A stretch of 62,940 nt of DNA, the filler included, from Candidatus Woesearchaeota archaeon (GTDB lineage: Archaea > Nanobdellota > Nanobdellia > Woesearchaeales > BM511), in assembly GCA_023266675.1 (NCBI GenBank). It is 5 parts of 5 records of this genome, joined end to end, with 100 filler letters (N's around TTAATTAATTAA, not from the genome) between each part and the next. Parts side by side here need not be neighbours in the genome. Positions count along the whole stretch, not along the records: positions 26,191 to 38,458 come from JAHFPP010000041.1; 4 more parts are not named here. The stretch is one strand, 5' to 3'. Of the stretch, positions 26,411 through 36,535 are shown one piece after another; the first letter of the stretch is position 1; every line of letters begins with the position of its first letter. The notes below the pieces were generated by a model. The model worked only from the letters and a program-made list of their open reading frames with translations. It was not told the origin of the DNA and did not search any database. Made by a program: the position numbers and the translations under genes.

Positions 26411-29154
26411 TTTGTTGCACCATTGCATGTTCTTTTCAATTCAGCAACATTCAAGTTTACTATTAGCTTCTTGTTTCTTTTTATAATCAGCTTTGGAATG
26501 TTTAATATCTTACCAATAAGTGAATAGCTGCATCCTCTCATCGCATCTTCAAACCTCTTTTTGTCCTTTTGTGACACTGTAACTATAAATCTGCTTTGTG
26601 ACTCGGAGAACAATAAATAATCATTTCTTAAATTTTCTTCAGCATCAATCCCTGTCAAATCAATTTCTGCGCCGGTGCCATTTTCAATCAGCATATTCAA
26701 GGAAGCAATTCCTATTCCCCCATTAAAAACTCCAATGCAAGAATCAACATGTCCTTTTTTTATTATGCCGCTTACAATTTCATATGTTTTTTTTGACGTC
26801 TTAAAATCAGATTTAGGGGAGTTTGCTCCTAATTCATCACGCATTGTGAAGTATGATGAGCCGCCAAGTTCATTCTTTGTTCTTCCTATAATATAAATGC
26901 CATCTCCGGGTGTTTTGGCAGAGTGGGTAATATGGTTTATCAATCCTTCGGCTTTTCCTATTGTTGCGACAAGAGCCATTAACTCACTGCAGTCCTTTGA
27001 ATCTTTTCCTTCTTTGCATCTAATAATCTTTTTGTTTGTATTGGAAAAATTGATTCCAAGCATCTGAACTGAGTCTTCAATTGCCTGATGCGCCATAACT
27101 ATTTTTGCCAACTTGTTTTCAGAATCCGCAGCTTTATCAGACTCGCAGTAATCATATAACACTTTTATTATTCCTGAAATATTTTTCAAATCTCCGCCGC
27201 ACGCAACGTGTTTTCTTATCGCTTCATCAATGGCAGCTGTAACCATGTCATACGCATTTATGTCTGCATATGCTGAATTGTGTCCATGCGAGATTATTAA
27301 TCCTTCATCACTTCCAAGTTTTGGGTATACTGCTTTTGCATCTGTGTATTTCGCGTTTAGTTTTAAAAACAGTTTTTTTAGTTCAACATTCAAATCCTTT
27401 GGTTCTGTTATCTTTGCATCTTTTTGCAGGGGGTGTTTTAATTTGGCGTTTAAAACATTTTTTGAGAATTCATAATTAAAAAAATCAAGGCTTATATCAG
27501 CTGCATGCTTTCCTCTGCTTAAAACAATAAATCTTCCAGAATCATTTATCCTTCCAATTTCTTTAGCGTCGATATTTCTCCTTTTTGACAGTGCTATCAA
27601 TTCAGGTATATTCTCCTGAGAGGAAACTAAACACATATTTTGCTGATTCTTTGAAGTCAATACTTCAGATATATGCGTTTCGCTGTGCTTTACCGGCACT
27701 TTTTCAAAATCAATCTCTGCGCCAAGATTTTCAATGCATAACTTCATAATAGTACTACCAAGTCCGCTGTTGTTGGGAGACGAGCTTTTGAACAAGTTTA
27801 GTGAATCTGCTTCAGAAATAAAGTCAAGGAGTTTTTTTTGCGCCAAAGCATCGCTTAACTGTGTCTCGTTGTCTTTTCCGATGTATTCGCCAACAATTAT
27901 TATCGCATCACCTGCAGTTATTTTTATTTTTGTTTTGTCGTCTTTCTCGTTTTTTGAGGAAACTAGGCCAGTTGCGCTGCAAAAAAGCAGCGTGGAATTA
28001 ATCAATTTGTCTTCAGTTATTATAACATAATCAATGAGTCTTGAGCATGATTTCTCAGAGGCATCATTAATTCCTTCCTTAATTTGTTCCATCATGCACT
28101 CTTTGCCACTTTCCTTTTTTGATATTTTCTTGGAGTCATCTTGTTTTATGAATAAAGAGGATGTGTTGGTTAATTGACTGTAAACTTTCTTTCCAATCAT
28201 TTCGTTGTTTATGCTAAGAATTGCGCCAATTGAAGCGTTATAGCAACTTCCTTTGCTTATGCTATCATAGCATCGTGTTTTTAGTACGGCATCATATTCC
28301 TTATTGAATTTTATTCTGCATGTTTTTTCATCTGCTTTTGTTTCAAAGTCTTTTTCTTTTGAGAGCTTTTCCTCAATCTCTTCAATGTGCGTTTTAGATA
28401 ATGATTCTATAAGAACATCTTTTTTGCCATCATTATATCTTATTTTTGAGTTGAATATCCTGTTCTTTTCATGCTCTTTTAGTACTTCTGAAAGAAGGTG
28501 GAGTTCAACATCAGTTGGGTCGCGTCCATTTTGCTTAAAATATGCTTTTATCTTTTTTAAATCCTCAAGATTTATCTCTAACTTGTTTTCTTTGATTATC
28601 TTTTCCAGTTCCTTATCGTGGATATGAAGATTTATTGTATTAATCTGTCTCTCCTGATATTCAGGTGCTTTTGGTATATAGGGGACCATTGCTTTTTGTG
28701 GCTTGTCAATTATTGTTATTTTTTGAATTGAGTCGTCAAAAAGAATCTCTTTTGCAATAATTTCTGCATCTTTTCTTGTTATCTTCCCTTTAAGGAGGTA
28801 CTCTTTTGATGTGTGGACTCTTGTTTCAATTCCAAGCAGGTCTTTAATTGCACTCCTAACGTTCTTCCCAATACCATCACTAACACCTGCTTCAAATCCT
28901 ACCTCTACTAAATAGTTGAACTCTTTTGCCAAAGGCTCTCTGAAGCTATACTCCTGGGTTATCGGGTCTGTGAATAATTCCTCTCCAAGTTTTTTTAAGT
29001 GATTGTCAAAAAGACCAAACTCTATATTGTAAACCTCAATTATTCTTACTGAAGCAAGATTAATCTTTAGAACTCTCAAAATCTTCTTTTTTAAAGCGTC
29101 AGCCACAGGGTCAAATATTCCTTTTTTAAAGCTTACTTCTATCCTTCTTGCCAT
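26407..29154 (-). CDS. purL: PurS-PurL-like FGAM synthase homolog with degenerate active-site motifs
   Basis: GRDPTDVEL, AAIDEAIR, IGRTKNELGGSSY, LFSESQSRF retained; several catalytic motifs altered. Confidence 0.75.
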   Translation of the reverse strand: MARRIEVSFKKGIFDPVADALKKKILRVLKINLASVRIIEVYNIEFGLFDNHLKKLGEELFTDPITQEYSFREPLAKEFNYLVEVGFEAGVSDGIGKNVRSAIKDLLGIETRVHTSKEYLLKGKITRKDAEIIAKEILFDDSIQKITIIDKPQKAMVPYIPKAPEYQERQINTINLHIHDKELEKIIKENKLEINLEDLKKIKAYFKQNGRDPTDVELHLLSEVLKEHEKNRIFNSKIRYNDGKKDVLIESLSKTHIEEIEEKLSKEKDFETKADEKTCRIKFNKEYDAVLKTRCYDSISKGSCYNASIGAILSINNEMIGKKVYSQLTNTSSLFIKQDDSKKISKKESGKECMMEQIKEGINDASEKSCSRLIDYVIITEDKLINSTLLFCSATGLVSSKNEKDDKTKIKITAGDAIIIVGEYIGKDNETQLSDALAQKKLLDFISEADSLNLFKSSSPNNSGLGSTIMKLCIENLGAEIDFEKVPVKHSETHISEVLTSKNQQNMCLVSSQENIPELIALSKRRNIDAKEIGRINDSGRFIVLSRGKHAADISLDFFNYEFSKNVLNAKLKHPLQKDAKITEPKDLNVELKKLFLKLNAKYTDAKAVYPKLGSDEGLIISHGHNSAYADINAYDMVTAAIDEAIRKHVACGGDLKNISGIIKVLYDYCESDKAADSENKLAKIVMAHQAIEDSVQMLGINFSNTNKKIIRCKEGKDSKDCSELMALVATIGKAEGLINHITHSAKTPGDGIYIIGRTKNELGGSSYFTMRDELGANSPKSDFKTSKKTYEIVSGIIKKGHVDSCIGVFNGGIGIASLNMLIENGTGAEIDLTGIDAEENLRNDYLLFSESQSRFIVTVSQKDKKRFEDAMRGCSYSLIGKILNIPKLIIKRNKKLIVNLNVAELKRTCNGATK

Positions 29155-29300
29155 CTATCCCCCATAAAACTAGAGTCTTTTTTAAATCGGTTTTATTTAA
29201 AGGTTTTGGCTTTCATTTAAAAAGGAAGAATTTATTATTATTAATCAAGAAGTAGTAACAAATAGAAAGATTTATAAACTTTTTATGTATTCTTTCTACT

Positions 29301-29693
29301 ATGACAGAATATCAAGATGTTAAACCTGGTGATTTAATCATTTCAATACGTTCTGAAGCAGTTGTAATTGGAATACCTACTGGAGAAACTCATTCAGGAG
29401 GACACTTGGGATTGAATCCTTCAACAATTGCACCAGGTATTATGTGTTATCGAAAATTTCTTGGGCATGATTCTGGGTATTTTTTAACATTGAATGAAGA
29501 ACAATGGAAAAATGGCGGACAAAAAGATTATACTCCAAGAGAGCAGAATTTGGATTTAAGTAAAAGACTTCTTCAAGATGCAAAAACGGATTTGACTCAA
29601 CCAGTCTACAAAGGAAAAGTGTTAAGTGATTTAGGATTGCATGTTGGAAACGCAGAAAAAGTTTTGAATACTATCGAAAGTTTGTTACAATAA
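29301..29693 (+). CDS. Hypothetical protein
   Basis: 130 aa; BRE-TATA at 29265-29279 fits a leaderless start. Confidence 0.6.
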   Translation: MTEYQDVKPGDLIISIRSEAVVIGIPTGETHSGGHLGLNPSTIAPGIMCYRKFLGHDSGYFLTLNEEQWKNGGQKDYTPREQNLDLSKRLLQDAKTDLTQPVYKGKVLSDLGLHVGNAEKVLNTIESLLQ

Positions 29694-29764
29694 TTCTTTT
29701 ACTTAATTACATTTAGCAGAATATATTGATTTTAATAAATTAGTTTTTAAAAGTACATTCAGAT

Positions 29765-30052
29765 TTATTTCTTTCCAAGCTTTATCTCAATTGTTGAGAC
29801 TCTAACCTGCTTTCCTTCATTGTTCTTGAATTCTTCAGAATTTGTGCTTATTCCTTTTATTTCAATTTGTCCTTCTAGAAATCTTTTGCTTGTTATCTCT
29901 GCTATGTCAACTGCGCGGGATATAAACTTTCCTCTCGCTTTTACAATAACTTCATTTGCGCTGTGGGTTGTAAACTGCATGACAACACCTGTGACATAAT
30001 TCATAAAAGGCTTATTGCCAATAAAGATTATATTGTCATTTCCGTCACTCAT
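29765..30052 (-). CDS. albA: DNA/RNA-binding protein Alba
   Basis: IGNKPFMNYV, KARGKFISRAVD, VSTIEI. Confidence 0.95.
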   Translation of the reverse strand: MSDGNDNIIFIGNKPFMNYVTGVVMQFTTHSANEVIVKARGKFISRAVDIAEITSKRFLEGQIEIKGISTNSEEFKNNEGKQVRVSTIEIKLGKK

Positions 30053-30103
30053 TGATAACGCCCCCTTATTATGTACTTCTTAAGATTGTATAGACTTAAA
30101 AAC

Positions 30104-30295
30104 TTATATTTCAGGTCTTTTCATCTGTCGTGTAACATATCCAGCAATGGTATTTCTGAGTTTTTTTGAAGGGATTTTAGCAAATCTTTCAACAATTTTC
30201 TTGTTTTCGTTGAAGTCCTTCTTAAACTCTGAATGGTGCTCTTTGACAAGTTCGTTTGTTACCCTTTTAATCAACATTGTTTTAATTCTTCCCAT
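30104..30295 (-). CDS. rps17e: 30S ribosomal protein S17e
   Basis: MGRIKT..DFNENKK..SKKLRNTIAGYVTR. Confidence 0.95.
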   Translation of the reverse strand: MGRIKTMLIKRVTNELVKEHHSEFKKDFNENKKIVERFAKIPSKKLRNTIAGYVTRQMKRPEI

Positions 30296-30380
30296 AACCA
30301 CAATGAACAATGACTTATTTATAAAGTTTGCTGTGATGATAATTAAAAATATATCTCGCTCTTTTTTATTTATATTTTTA

Positions 30381-31385
30381 TTACTCAATATTCTTACAGA
30401 ACTCATCAATAATCTTCACAGCTTCATCTATGTCTTCGCTTGAGACTTCTTTTTCAAACTTGAAATCTTTGACGTAATGAGTGTAAAGAGGGTCGTAGTA
30501 TTCTTTTAGCATTATTTTAGAAAATTCAAAGTAATTCTTGTTTTCTAAAAGTGTAAGCAGTTCGTCAACTTTCTTTTTACTGAGTCTTTCGGTTAGTTTT
30601 GGAACAATGGCTTTTACTTCATCTATTTTTTCCTGATTTGTGAAATAATCTTTGACAATCCTTCTGGCACGGCTTTCAATGCTGCAAGTTACTGCTAATT
30701 TTTTTGCATTAATCATCGCGTTATACACGTTTTCAGGCAAGATTATGCTTCCAATTTTTCTTGACTCTCCTTCAAGAATAAGATAGTCTCTATTTTTTTT
30801 TAGTTCATTAAACAAAAGTGTTTCAAACATTTTTTGGGTGTTTGGTTTAAGACCTACTCCTCCAAATAAAGAGCTTCGGTGTTTTGCAAGACCTTCCAAA
30901 TCAATCGCGTTTTCTAGCTTTTTTATAATTTCAGTTTTTCCTGACCCTGTTAGTCCATAAATTACAATAATCTTTTCTGGAAGGATAGCTTTTTTTATTT
31001 CATCCCTGACTAGTTCCCTATACTTCTTGTATCCTCCTTCAATCTGGTAAACCTTTAGTCCTTTTTTTAAAAAATAATCAACAAAGCATCCTGAGCGCAT
31101 TCCTCCTCTAAAACAGTAAAAAATTATTTCTTTATCTTTATAATTTCTTAATAAGTTTTCAAATTCAGAAATCTTCTGGTCAAATATTTTGTAACCAATC
31201 TCATAAGCTTTATCTTTACTTTCCTGCTTATACGTGTACCCAACAATATGTCTTTCTTCATTGTTAAGAATTGGCATATTAATTGCGCCGGGGATATGGT
31301 CTTCTTCAAACTCCTTCTCACTTCTTACGTCAAGAAAAACCACATCTTTTAATGTGAGCGCGTCATTTATTGATATCTTTGGCAT
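30381..31385 (-). CDS. mnmH: tRNA 2-selenouridine synthase (SelU/MnmH; rhodanese plus P-loop)
   Basis: DVRS..EF..HIPGAIN, YCFRGGMRS, GGYKKYR, GLTGSGKT, IDLEGLAKHRSSLFG, EGESRKIG, YYDPLY. Confidence 0.9.
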   Translation of the reverse strand: MPKISINDALTLKDVVFLDVRSEKEFEEDHIPGAINMPILNNEERHIVGYTYKQESKDKAYEIGYKIFDQKISEFENLLRNYKDKEIIFYCFRGGMRSGCFVDYFLKKGLKVYQIEGGYKKYRELVRDEIKKAILPEKIIVIYGLTGSGKTEIIKKLENAIDLEGLAKHRSSLFGGVGLKPNTQKMFETLLFNELKKNRDYLILEGESRKIGSIILPENVYNAMINAKKLAVTCSIESRARRIVKDYFTNQEKIDEVKAIVPKLTERLSKKKVDELLTLLENKNYFEFSKIMLKEYYDPLYTHYVKDFKFEKEVSSEDIDEAVKIIDEFCKNIE

Positions 31386-31527
31386 AACTTTAGAATCTTG
31401 AACTAATTTAAAAGTGTATTTACTCTAATCAAAAGTTTTAAATATGTTGAGTGTTCAAAAACTTTAAATTTGGGGTGAATACTTGCTAATCTTGGTTTAA
31501 ATCAAGAACGAGGCTTATTGATTACTT

Positions 31528-31923
31528 ATGACTGCGCCTAATATTGTTAATATTTCGACTATTAATGCTAAGACTACTTATTATACTCCGTCTGGAACAT
31601 CTGCTGTTATATTATTAGCTAACGCTGCGTCTAGTGGACACGTGTATAAGGTTAATACTGTTGTTGCTGCTAATGTTGATGGTACTAATACAATTGCTGC
31701 TACTGTTTCTATCTATACTAATGGTTCTGTTGCTCAAGGTTCTGCGCCAAGTGGCGGGACTGCGTATCCGATTGTTTCGACTGTTTCTGTTCCTGCTAAT
31801 GCGTCGATTGTTGTTGTTGAGAAGAGTGCGGCGTTTTATTTGGAGGAGGGTACTTCTATTTCTGTTACTTCAGGGACTGCCAGTAAGATTACGTTTATGG
31901 TTAGTTATGAGGATATAAGTTAA
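31528..31923 (+). CDS. Phage-like beta-rich structural protein
   Basis: MxAPNIVN..KVNTVVAANVDG..VPANAS..YLEEG..SYEDIS pattern I associate with tailed-phage virion genes. Confidence 0.6.
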   Translation: MTAPNIVNISTINAKTTYYTPSGTSAVILLANAASSGHVYKVNTVVAANVDGTNTIAATVSIYTNGSVAQGSAPSGGTAYPIVSTVSVPANASIVVVEKSAAFYLEEGTSISVTSGTASKITFMVSYEDIS

Positions 31924-31925
31924 AC

Positions 31926-32780
31926 ATGAGCAGTAATCCGGGTGGATTTATAGGAACTAACCCTCTCTCTGGTGCACCACAGACTGTTGAATATTTGGTT
32001 GTAGCTGGAGGAGGTGGCGGCGGTGGATTTTTTGGCGCTGTAGGTGGCGGAGGCGGAGGCGCTGGAGGATTATTGACTGCTGCAGGGTTTGCAGTTGCAA
32101 CAGGTTCTGCTTTGACAATTACAGTTGGTGCTGGCGGAGCAGGGTCAGATTCGAATTCTGGTAATCAAGGTACAGAAGGTGGAAATTCTGTCTTTTCATC
32201 CATTACAGCGACAGGAGGCGGTGCATCTGCTGCATATAATATTGCTGCAACTCATGATGATGGTGGTTCTGGTGCTGGAGGGACACACAATCAAACTGGT
32301 GGGGCAGGTATAGCAGGACAAGGACATGATGGTGGAAATGGTGCTGGTGGTGACCCTTATACTGGTGCTGGTGGCGGTGGAGCAGGTTCAGTAGGTAAAG
32401 CATCTATCTCACAAAAACATGCTGGTGACGGCGGGACAGGAATTTGTTCTACAATTACAGGCTCACGAGTCTTTTATGCAGGTGGTGGAGGCGGCGGTGC
32501 AGCGACTGGCGCAACATCTGGGCTTGCATGTGGCGGTGGCGGTGGTGGAGCCGTAAATGATGCGGGAGGAACAGTGGCTGCAGCAAACACAGGTGGAGGA
32601 GGTAGTGGCGGTTGGAATTCTGCCAATATAACAAATGGAAATGGCGGTTCCGGCGTTGTCGTCATTCGTTACTCATCATCTTTAAATGCACCAATAGCAA
32701 CTACTGGTTCACCTACTATTACGCTTGTTGGCGGATATCAGATTTATACATTCACTTCATCAGGTACAATTACTTTTTAA
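31926..32780 (+). CDS. Glycine-rich tail-fibre/adhesin-like protein
   Basis: VEYLVVAGGGGGG..ITVGAGG..SVF..ITATGGG..YAGGGGG..ANTGGGG..GGSGVVVIRY..YTFTSSGTITF. Confidence 0.8.
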   Translation: MSSNPGGFIGTNPLSGAPQTVEYLVVAGGGGGGGFFGAVGGGGGGAGGLLTAAGFAVATGSALTITVGAGGAGSDSNSGNQGTEGGNSVFSSITATGGGASAAYNIAATHDDGGSGAGGTHNQTGGAGIAGQGHDGGNGAGGDPYTGAGGGGAGSVGKASISQKHAGDGGTGICSTITGSRVFYAGGGGGGAATGATSGLACGGGGGGAVNDAGGTVAAANTGGGGSGGWNSANITNGNGGSGVVVIRYSSSLNAPIATTGSPTITLVGGYQIYTFTSSGTITF

Positions 32781-32848
32781 TGAGGAATTAAAATGAAATG
32801 TTTTACTAAACTAAACTTCATCGTTTGCATGAATCTAAGGTGTAATAA

Positions 32849-33763
32849 ATGACTCAATATACGGGAAGATGGAATTTGAACCAAGTAAGTACAGCGATTA
32901 AGGATAGAACCTGGGTAGGCATACTTCCAAGTTTTGTTGAATATCTTGTTGTGGCAGGTGGTGGTGGTGCTGGTGGTTATTATTATTCTGGAGGTGGAGG
33001 GGCTGGCGGCTTACTTGCAGGGTTATGTAGTGTGTCATCCGGTTCAGCAATCACAGTAACTGTTGGTGGTGGTGGAGCAGGAGGAATTGCCTCTGCGGCT
33101 AATGGTGACTCCGGAAATAATTCAGTTTTTGGTACAATCACTGCAACAGGAGGTGGCGGTGGTGGTGGAGGATCTTCAGGATATCCACATGCAGGAGTGA
33201 CAGGGGGTTCTGGAGGAGGTAGTCAAGGATATGGAGGAGGTGCAGATAACCCTGTTGGAGTTGCAGGAACTGTCGGACAAGGAAACGCTGGCTCAGGATT
33301 AAATGCGAGTCTGTGGGCAGGAGGCGCAGGAGGAGGTGCAGGTACTGCAGCGCTTAAAACAATTGGAACGAATACTACCAGCACGACTATTGGCGGAACT
33401 GGTGGTGCCGGAATTGCATCTCTTATCTCTGGTACATTAACTGTTTATGCAGGTGGAGGTGGTGGACCAGCTAGCGCAAATCCTACAAGTTTGGCTATCG
33501 GAGGCACTGGTGGTCTAGGCGGAGGCGGCAATGGTGAAGATACTAATGGTGGTGCTGGACAAAATGGCACTGCAAATACAGGAGGAGGAGGTGGAGGATT
33601 GGCTACGGCAGGAACAGGATATAATGGTGGCTCCGGTATTGTAATAATTCGTTATCCAGATTCATTTGCAGCAGCGACGTCAACAACAGGTTCGCCTGAT
33701 ATTTCAACGTCTGGAGGGTTTAGAATTTACAAGTGGACATCATCAGGAACAATAACATTTTAA
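32849..33763 (+). CDS. Glycine-rich tail-fibre/adhesin-like protein (paralog of 31926..32780)
   Basis: Same motif series, ending YKWTSSGTITF. Confidence 0.8.
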   Translation: MTQYTGRWNLNQVSTAIKDRTWVGILPSFVEYLVVAGGGGAGGYYYSGGGGAGGLLAGLCSVSSGSAITVTVGGGGAGGIASAANGDSGNNSVFGTITATGGGGGGGGSSGYPHAGVTGGSGGGSQGYGGGADNPVGVAGTVGQGNAGSGLNASLWAGGAGGGAGTAALKTIGTNTTSTTIGGTGGAGIASLISGTLTVYAGGGGGPASANPTSLAIGGTGGLGGGGNGEDTNGGAGQNGTANTGGGGGGLATAGTGYNGGSGIVIIRYPDSFAAATSTTGSPDISTSGGFRIYKWTSSGTITF

Positions 33764-33810
33764 TATTACTATTATTTTAATTAAAAAATAATTCAAATGG
33801 GAGGGAGAGT

Positions 33811-34158
33811 ATGAGTCATTTTGCAAAAGTTGAAAATGGAAAAGTTGTGCAAGTAATTGTAGTAGAACAAGATGTAATAAATACGGGAGCGTTTGGAGAT
33901 CCAAAATCATGGGTTCAGACATCATATAATACTTCAGGCGGAAAACACAAGCTTGGAGGAGCACCTTTAAGAAAAAATTATGCAGGGATTGGTTACACCT
34001 ACGATAAAGTTCGTGACGCTTTTATTCCACCAAAACCTTTTTCGTCATGGATTCTTGACGAAGAAACATGCAATTGGATTCCGCCTAAGAATATGCCATC
34101 TGATGGTGCAAGATATGTCTGGGATGAGAAATCAACTTCGTGGAAAAAAACAGATTAA
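33811..34158 (+). CDS. Phage tail-fibre-associated small protein
   Basis: MSHFAKV..WVQTSYN..RKNYAGIGYTYD..DAFIPPKP..W.LDE.TC.W; a family usually adjacent to Gly-rich fibre genes. Confidence 0.7.
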   Translation: MSHFAKVENGKVVQVIVVEQDVINTGAFGDPKSWVQTSYNTSGGKHKLGGAPLRKNYAGIGYTYDKVRDAFIPPKPFSSWILDEETCNWIPPKNMPSDGARYVWDEKSTSWKKTD

Positions 34159-34287
34159 CTTTTTTTATTATTGCTATCTTTTTTTAATACTTTTTTTTAA
34201 TATAATCTTATTTTTGTTTCTTAACCATTTTTAACTAATTATTATTTTAAACAAAAATTTATATACTTGCTTTTCTAAAATAAACTT

Positions 34288-34923
34288 ATGGAGTCAATAT
34301 TAATCATACTTTTGAGATTTTCAATTGTATTCATATTCGCAATTCTGTTTGGTCTTGAAAGGCAAAGGTCGCATAAGCCTCTTGGGTTTGGTGCTTTCAT
34401 TTTTGTTTCAATAGGTGCATGCGCACTTTCTCTTACAGCAATAGATTTGGTTCCTGAAAACCCTTTGCCACTGCTAGGCGCAATTGTTTCAGGAATAGGG
34501 TTTCTCGGTGCAGGCGCATTAATAAAAAGCAACGACAAGCTTTTTGGGGTAACAACTGCAGCAGGCATCTGGGGATTTGCAATTATTGGTATAATGATTG
34601 GTGCAGGCGAATATTTAATCGGAGCATTGATTTATGTCGCAGCATGGGCAGTTATATTCATTGACAGACATCTTGAGAAAAAAGGCATAGGGTCATATCA
34701 GAGAAAAATAGTAATTACCACAAACAAGATAATTCAGGAGAAAGAACTGAGAAATGATTTGCTTATAATAACTCAAAATTTTAAATTAATGGAAGTTGAT
34801 GTCGACAAGAAAGAAAATAAAATGGTGTTGATATATCTTGTTGAAGGCTCAAAAGACAATATAAACAAGCTTCCAAAGCTTTTATTTGACAAAGAATGGT
34901 TTAGTTCATGCAAGATTGAGTGA
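34288..34923 (+). CDS. MgtC/SapB family membrane protein
   Basis: GLERQ..KPLG, IVSGIGFLGAG, GVTTAAGIW. Confidence 0.9.
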   Translation: MESILIILLRFSIVFIFAILFGLERQRSHKPLGFGAFIFVSIGACALSLTAIDLVPENPLPLLGAIVSGIGFLGAGALIKSNDKLFGVTTAAGIWGFAIIGIMIGAGEYLIGALIYVAAWAVIFIDRHLEKKGIGSYQRKIVITTNKIIQEKELRNDLLIITQNFKLMEVDVDKKENKMVLIYLVEGSKDNINKLPKLLFDKEWFSSCKIE

Positions 34924-35012
34924 TTTTTCTTCTTAAAAAGTAATTGCAAACTTATTTAAACTAGCAATTTTGCTATTTGGTTTTTCCATAAAACATAAAA
35001 AATCCAAAAAAC

Positions 35013-35258
35013 ATGAAAGCATATTATTGTCCTGAGTGCAGTCACCGATGGTTTGAGCCAAAAGACAACAAGCAGAAATCCGCTTGGGGATGCCCAAATG
35101 GATGCGCATCAATAGGAAGAGCATTAAACTTTCAATCTACTGATTTCATTATTGAATCTTTTGAAAGGCTGCTAATTGACGAAACGAAGGAAGACGAAAA
35201 AAACAAGATAAGATATCACTTAAATCTTTTGCGTATGAAAGAAAAATACCCTTTTTAA
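35013..35258 (+). CDS. Small Zn-ribbon protein
   Basis: YCPECSHRW..CPNGC. Confidence 0.55.
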   Translation: MKAYYCPECSHRWFEPKDNKQKSAWGCPNGCASIGRALNFQSTDFIIESFERLLIDETKEDEKNKIRYHLNLLRMKEKYPF

Positions 35259-35368
35259 ATTTTGTATACTCTTTTTTATAGAAAATGTTTTAAATAAGCT
35301 CCTTTATTATACTAATTTAATCTGGCTACTATATAATTTATATAATTTAAACTAACTTTAAGATAAAA

Positions 35369-36454
35369 ATGATTAAAAGTCTAAACAACCTTCAAAAACT
35401 AGAAATACCTCAATTCTTCTATCTATTATTAATCTTTATACCTATAAGCATAGTTCTTTCTTTTATTAAAGTTAATCCTGTCATCTTATTTATTGTTTCA
35501 CTTCTCTCGCTTATCCCACTTGCAATGATTATGGGTTACACAACACAGCAGATATCCCTTCAGTCAAACCCTACAGTTGGAGGTCTTGTTTCAGCTACAT
35601 TTGGAAATATTATAGAACTTTTTATTGCGATACTTGCTTTAAGACAAGGATTAATTGAAGTTGTAAAGGGGTCAATCATAGGCAGCATTGTTGGAAACAT
35701 TCTTCTCTTAATTGGTCTTTCAATAATGGTTGGAGGGTTTAAGTACAAGCACCAGCGTTTCAACAAAGAAGCTATTGGTGTGTCCTCAACAATGTTAATT
35801 ATAGTTGTCGTTGGAATAGTCACTCCAAGCCTTTACTCATTCATAAATCATGAAGGAATTAAAACTCAGATTTTTAGCGAAGTAGTTGCAGGAATAATGG
35901 CATTGACATATATCGCAAATCTGATATTCTCATTAAAAACACATAAAGACCTGTTTGACGCAAGCGACGAAATCAAAGCAACACATCATAAGCCTGTTTT
36001 TAGCCTTAAATTTGCAGCGCTTGTTCTTTGCTTAACAACAATCGTTGCAGCCATGGAATCGGAATTTTTAGTAGGTACAATCAAATCTGCGGCGCTTAGT
36101 TTTGGAATTACCGAAACTTTTATAGGGGTCGTTTTAATTGCGATAATAACAAACGTTGCAGAAAAATCAACAGCTATCTCACTTGCATTAAATAATCACC
36201 TAGACATATCCCTTGAAATCGGTCTTTCAAGCGCAATACAGATAGCACTTTTTGTGGTGCCAATACTTGTTTTAATCAGTCACATATTCCATTTCGGATT
36301 CACACTCTCCTTCTCAATATTTGAGATAATCTCAGTAATACTTGCAGTAACTATAATTAATCATCTGGCTGCTGACGGCCGCTGCAACTGGCTTGAAGGC
36401 GCGCAGTTGATAAGTGTTTACCTGATTATTGCGATTGCTTTTTTTTTCATATAG
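35369..36454 (+). CDS. Ca2+/H+ antiporter (CAX/ChaA family)
   Basis: GGLVSATFGNIIE, GSIVGNILL, NVAEK, SAIQIALFVVP, NWLEGAQL. Confidence 0.92.
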   Translation: MIKSLNNLQKLEIPQFFYLLLIFIPISIVLSFIKVNPVILFIVSLLSLIPLAMIMGYTTQQISLQSNPTVGGLVSATFGNIIELFIAILALRQGLIEVVKGSIIGSIVGNILLLIGLSIMVGGFKYKHQRFNKEAIGVSSTMLIIVVVGIVTPSLYSFINHEGIKTQIFSEVVAGIMALTYIANLIFSLKTHKDLFDASDEIKATHHKPVFSLKFAALVLCLTTIVAAMESEFLVGTIKSAALSFGITETFIGVVLIAIITNVAEKSTAISLALNNHLDISLEIGLSSAIQIALFVVPILVLISHIFHFGFTLSFSIFEIISVILAVTIINHLAADGRCNWLEGAQLISVYLIIAIAFFFI

Positions 36455-36535
36455 TTAGAACTTTTCTATCCTTAATCATTTACTAAATATCAATTTAATA
36501 TTAGGAATGTGTAATCCTAATTAATAATCTCATAA

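Noticed and set aside
31528..34158. Intact prophage
   Set aside because: Only four fibre-module genes; no integrase, capsid, terminase or att repeats
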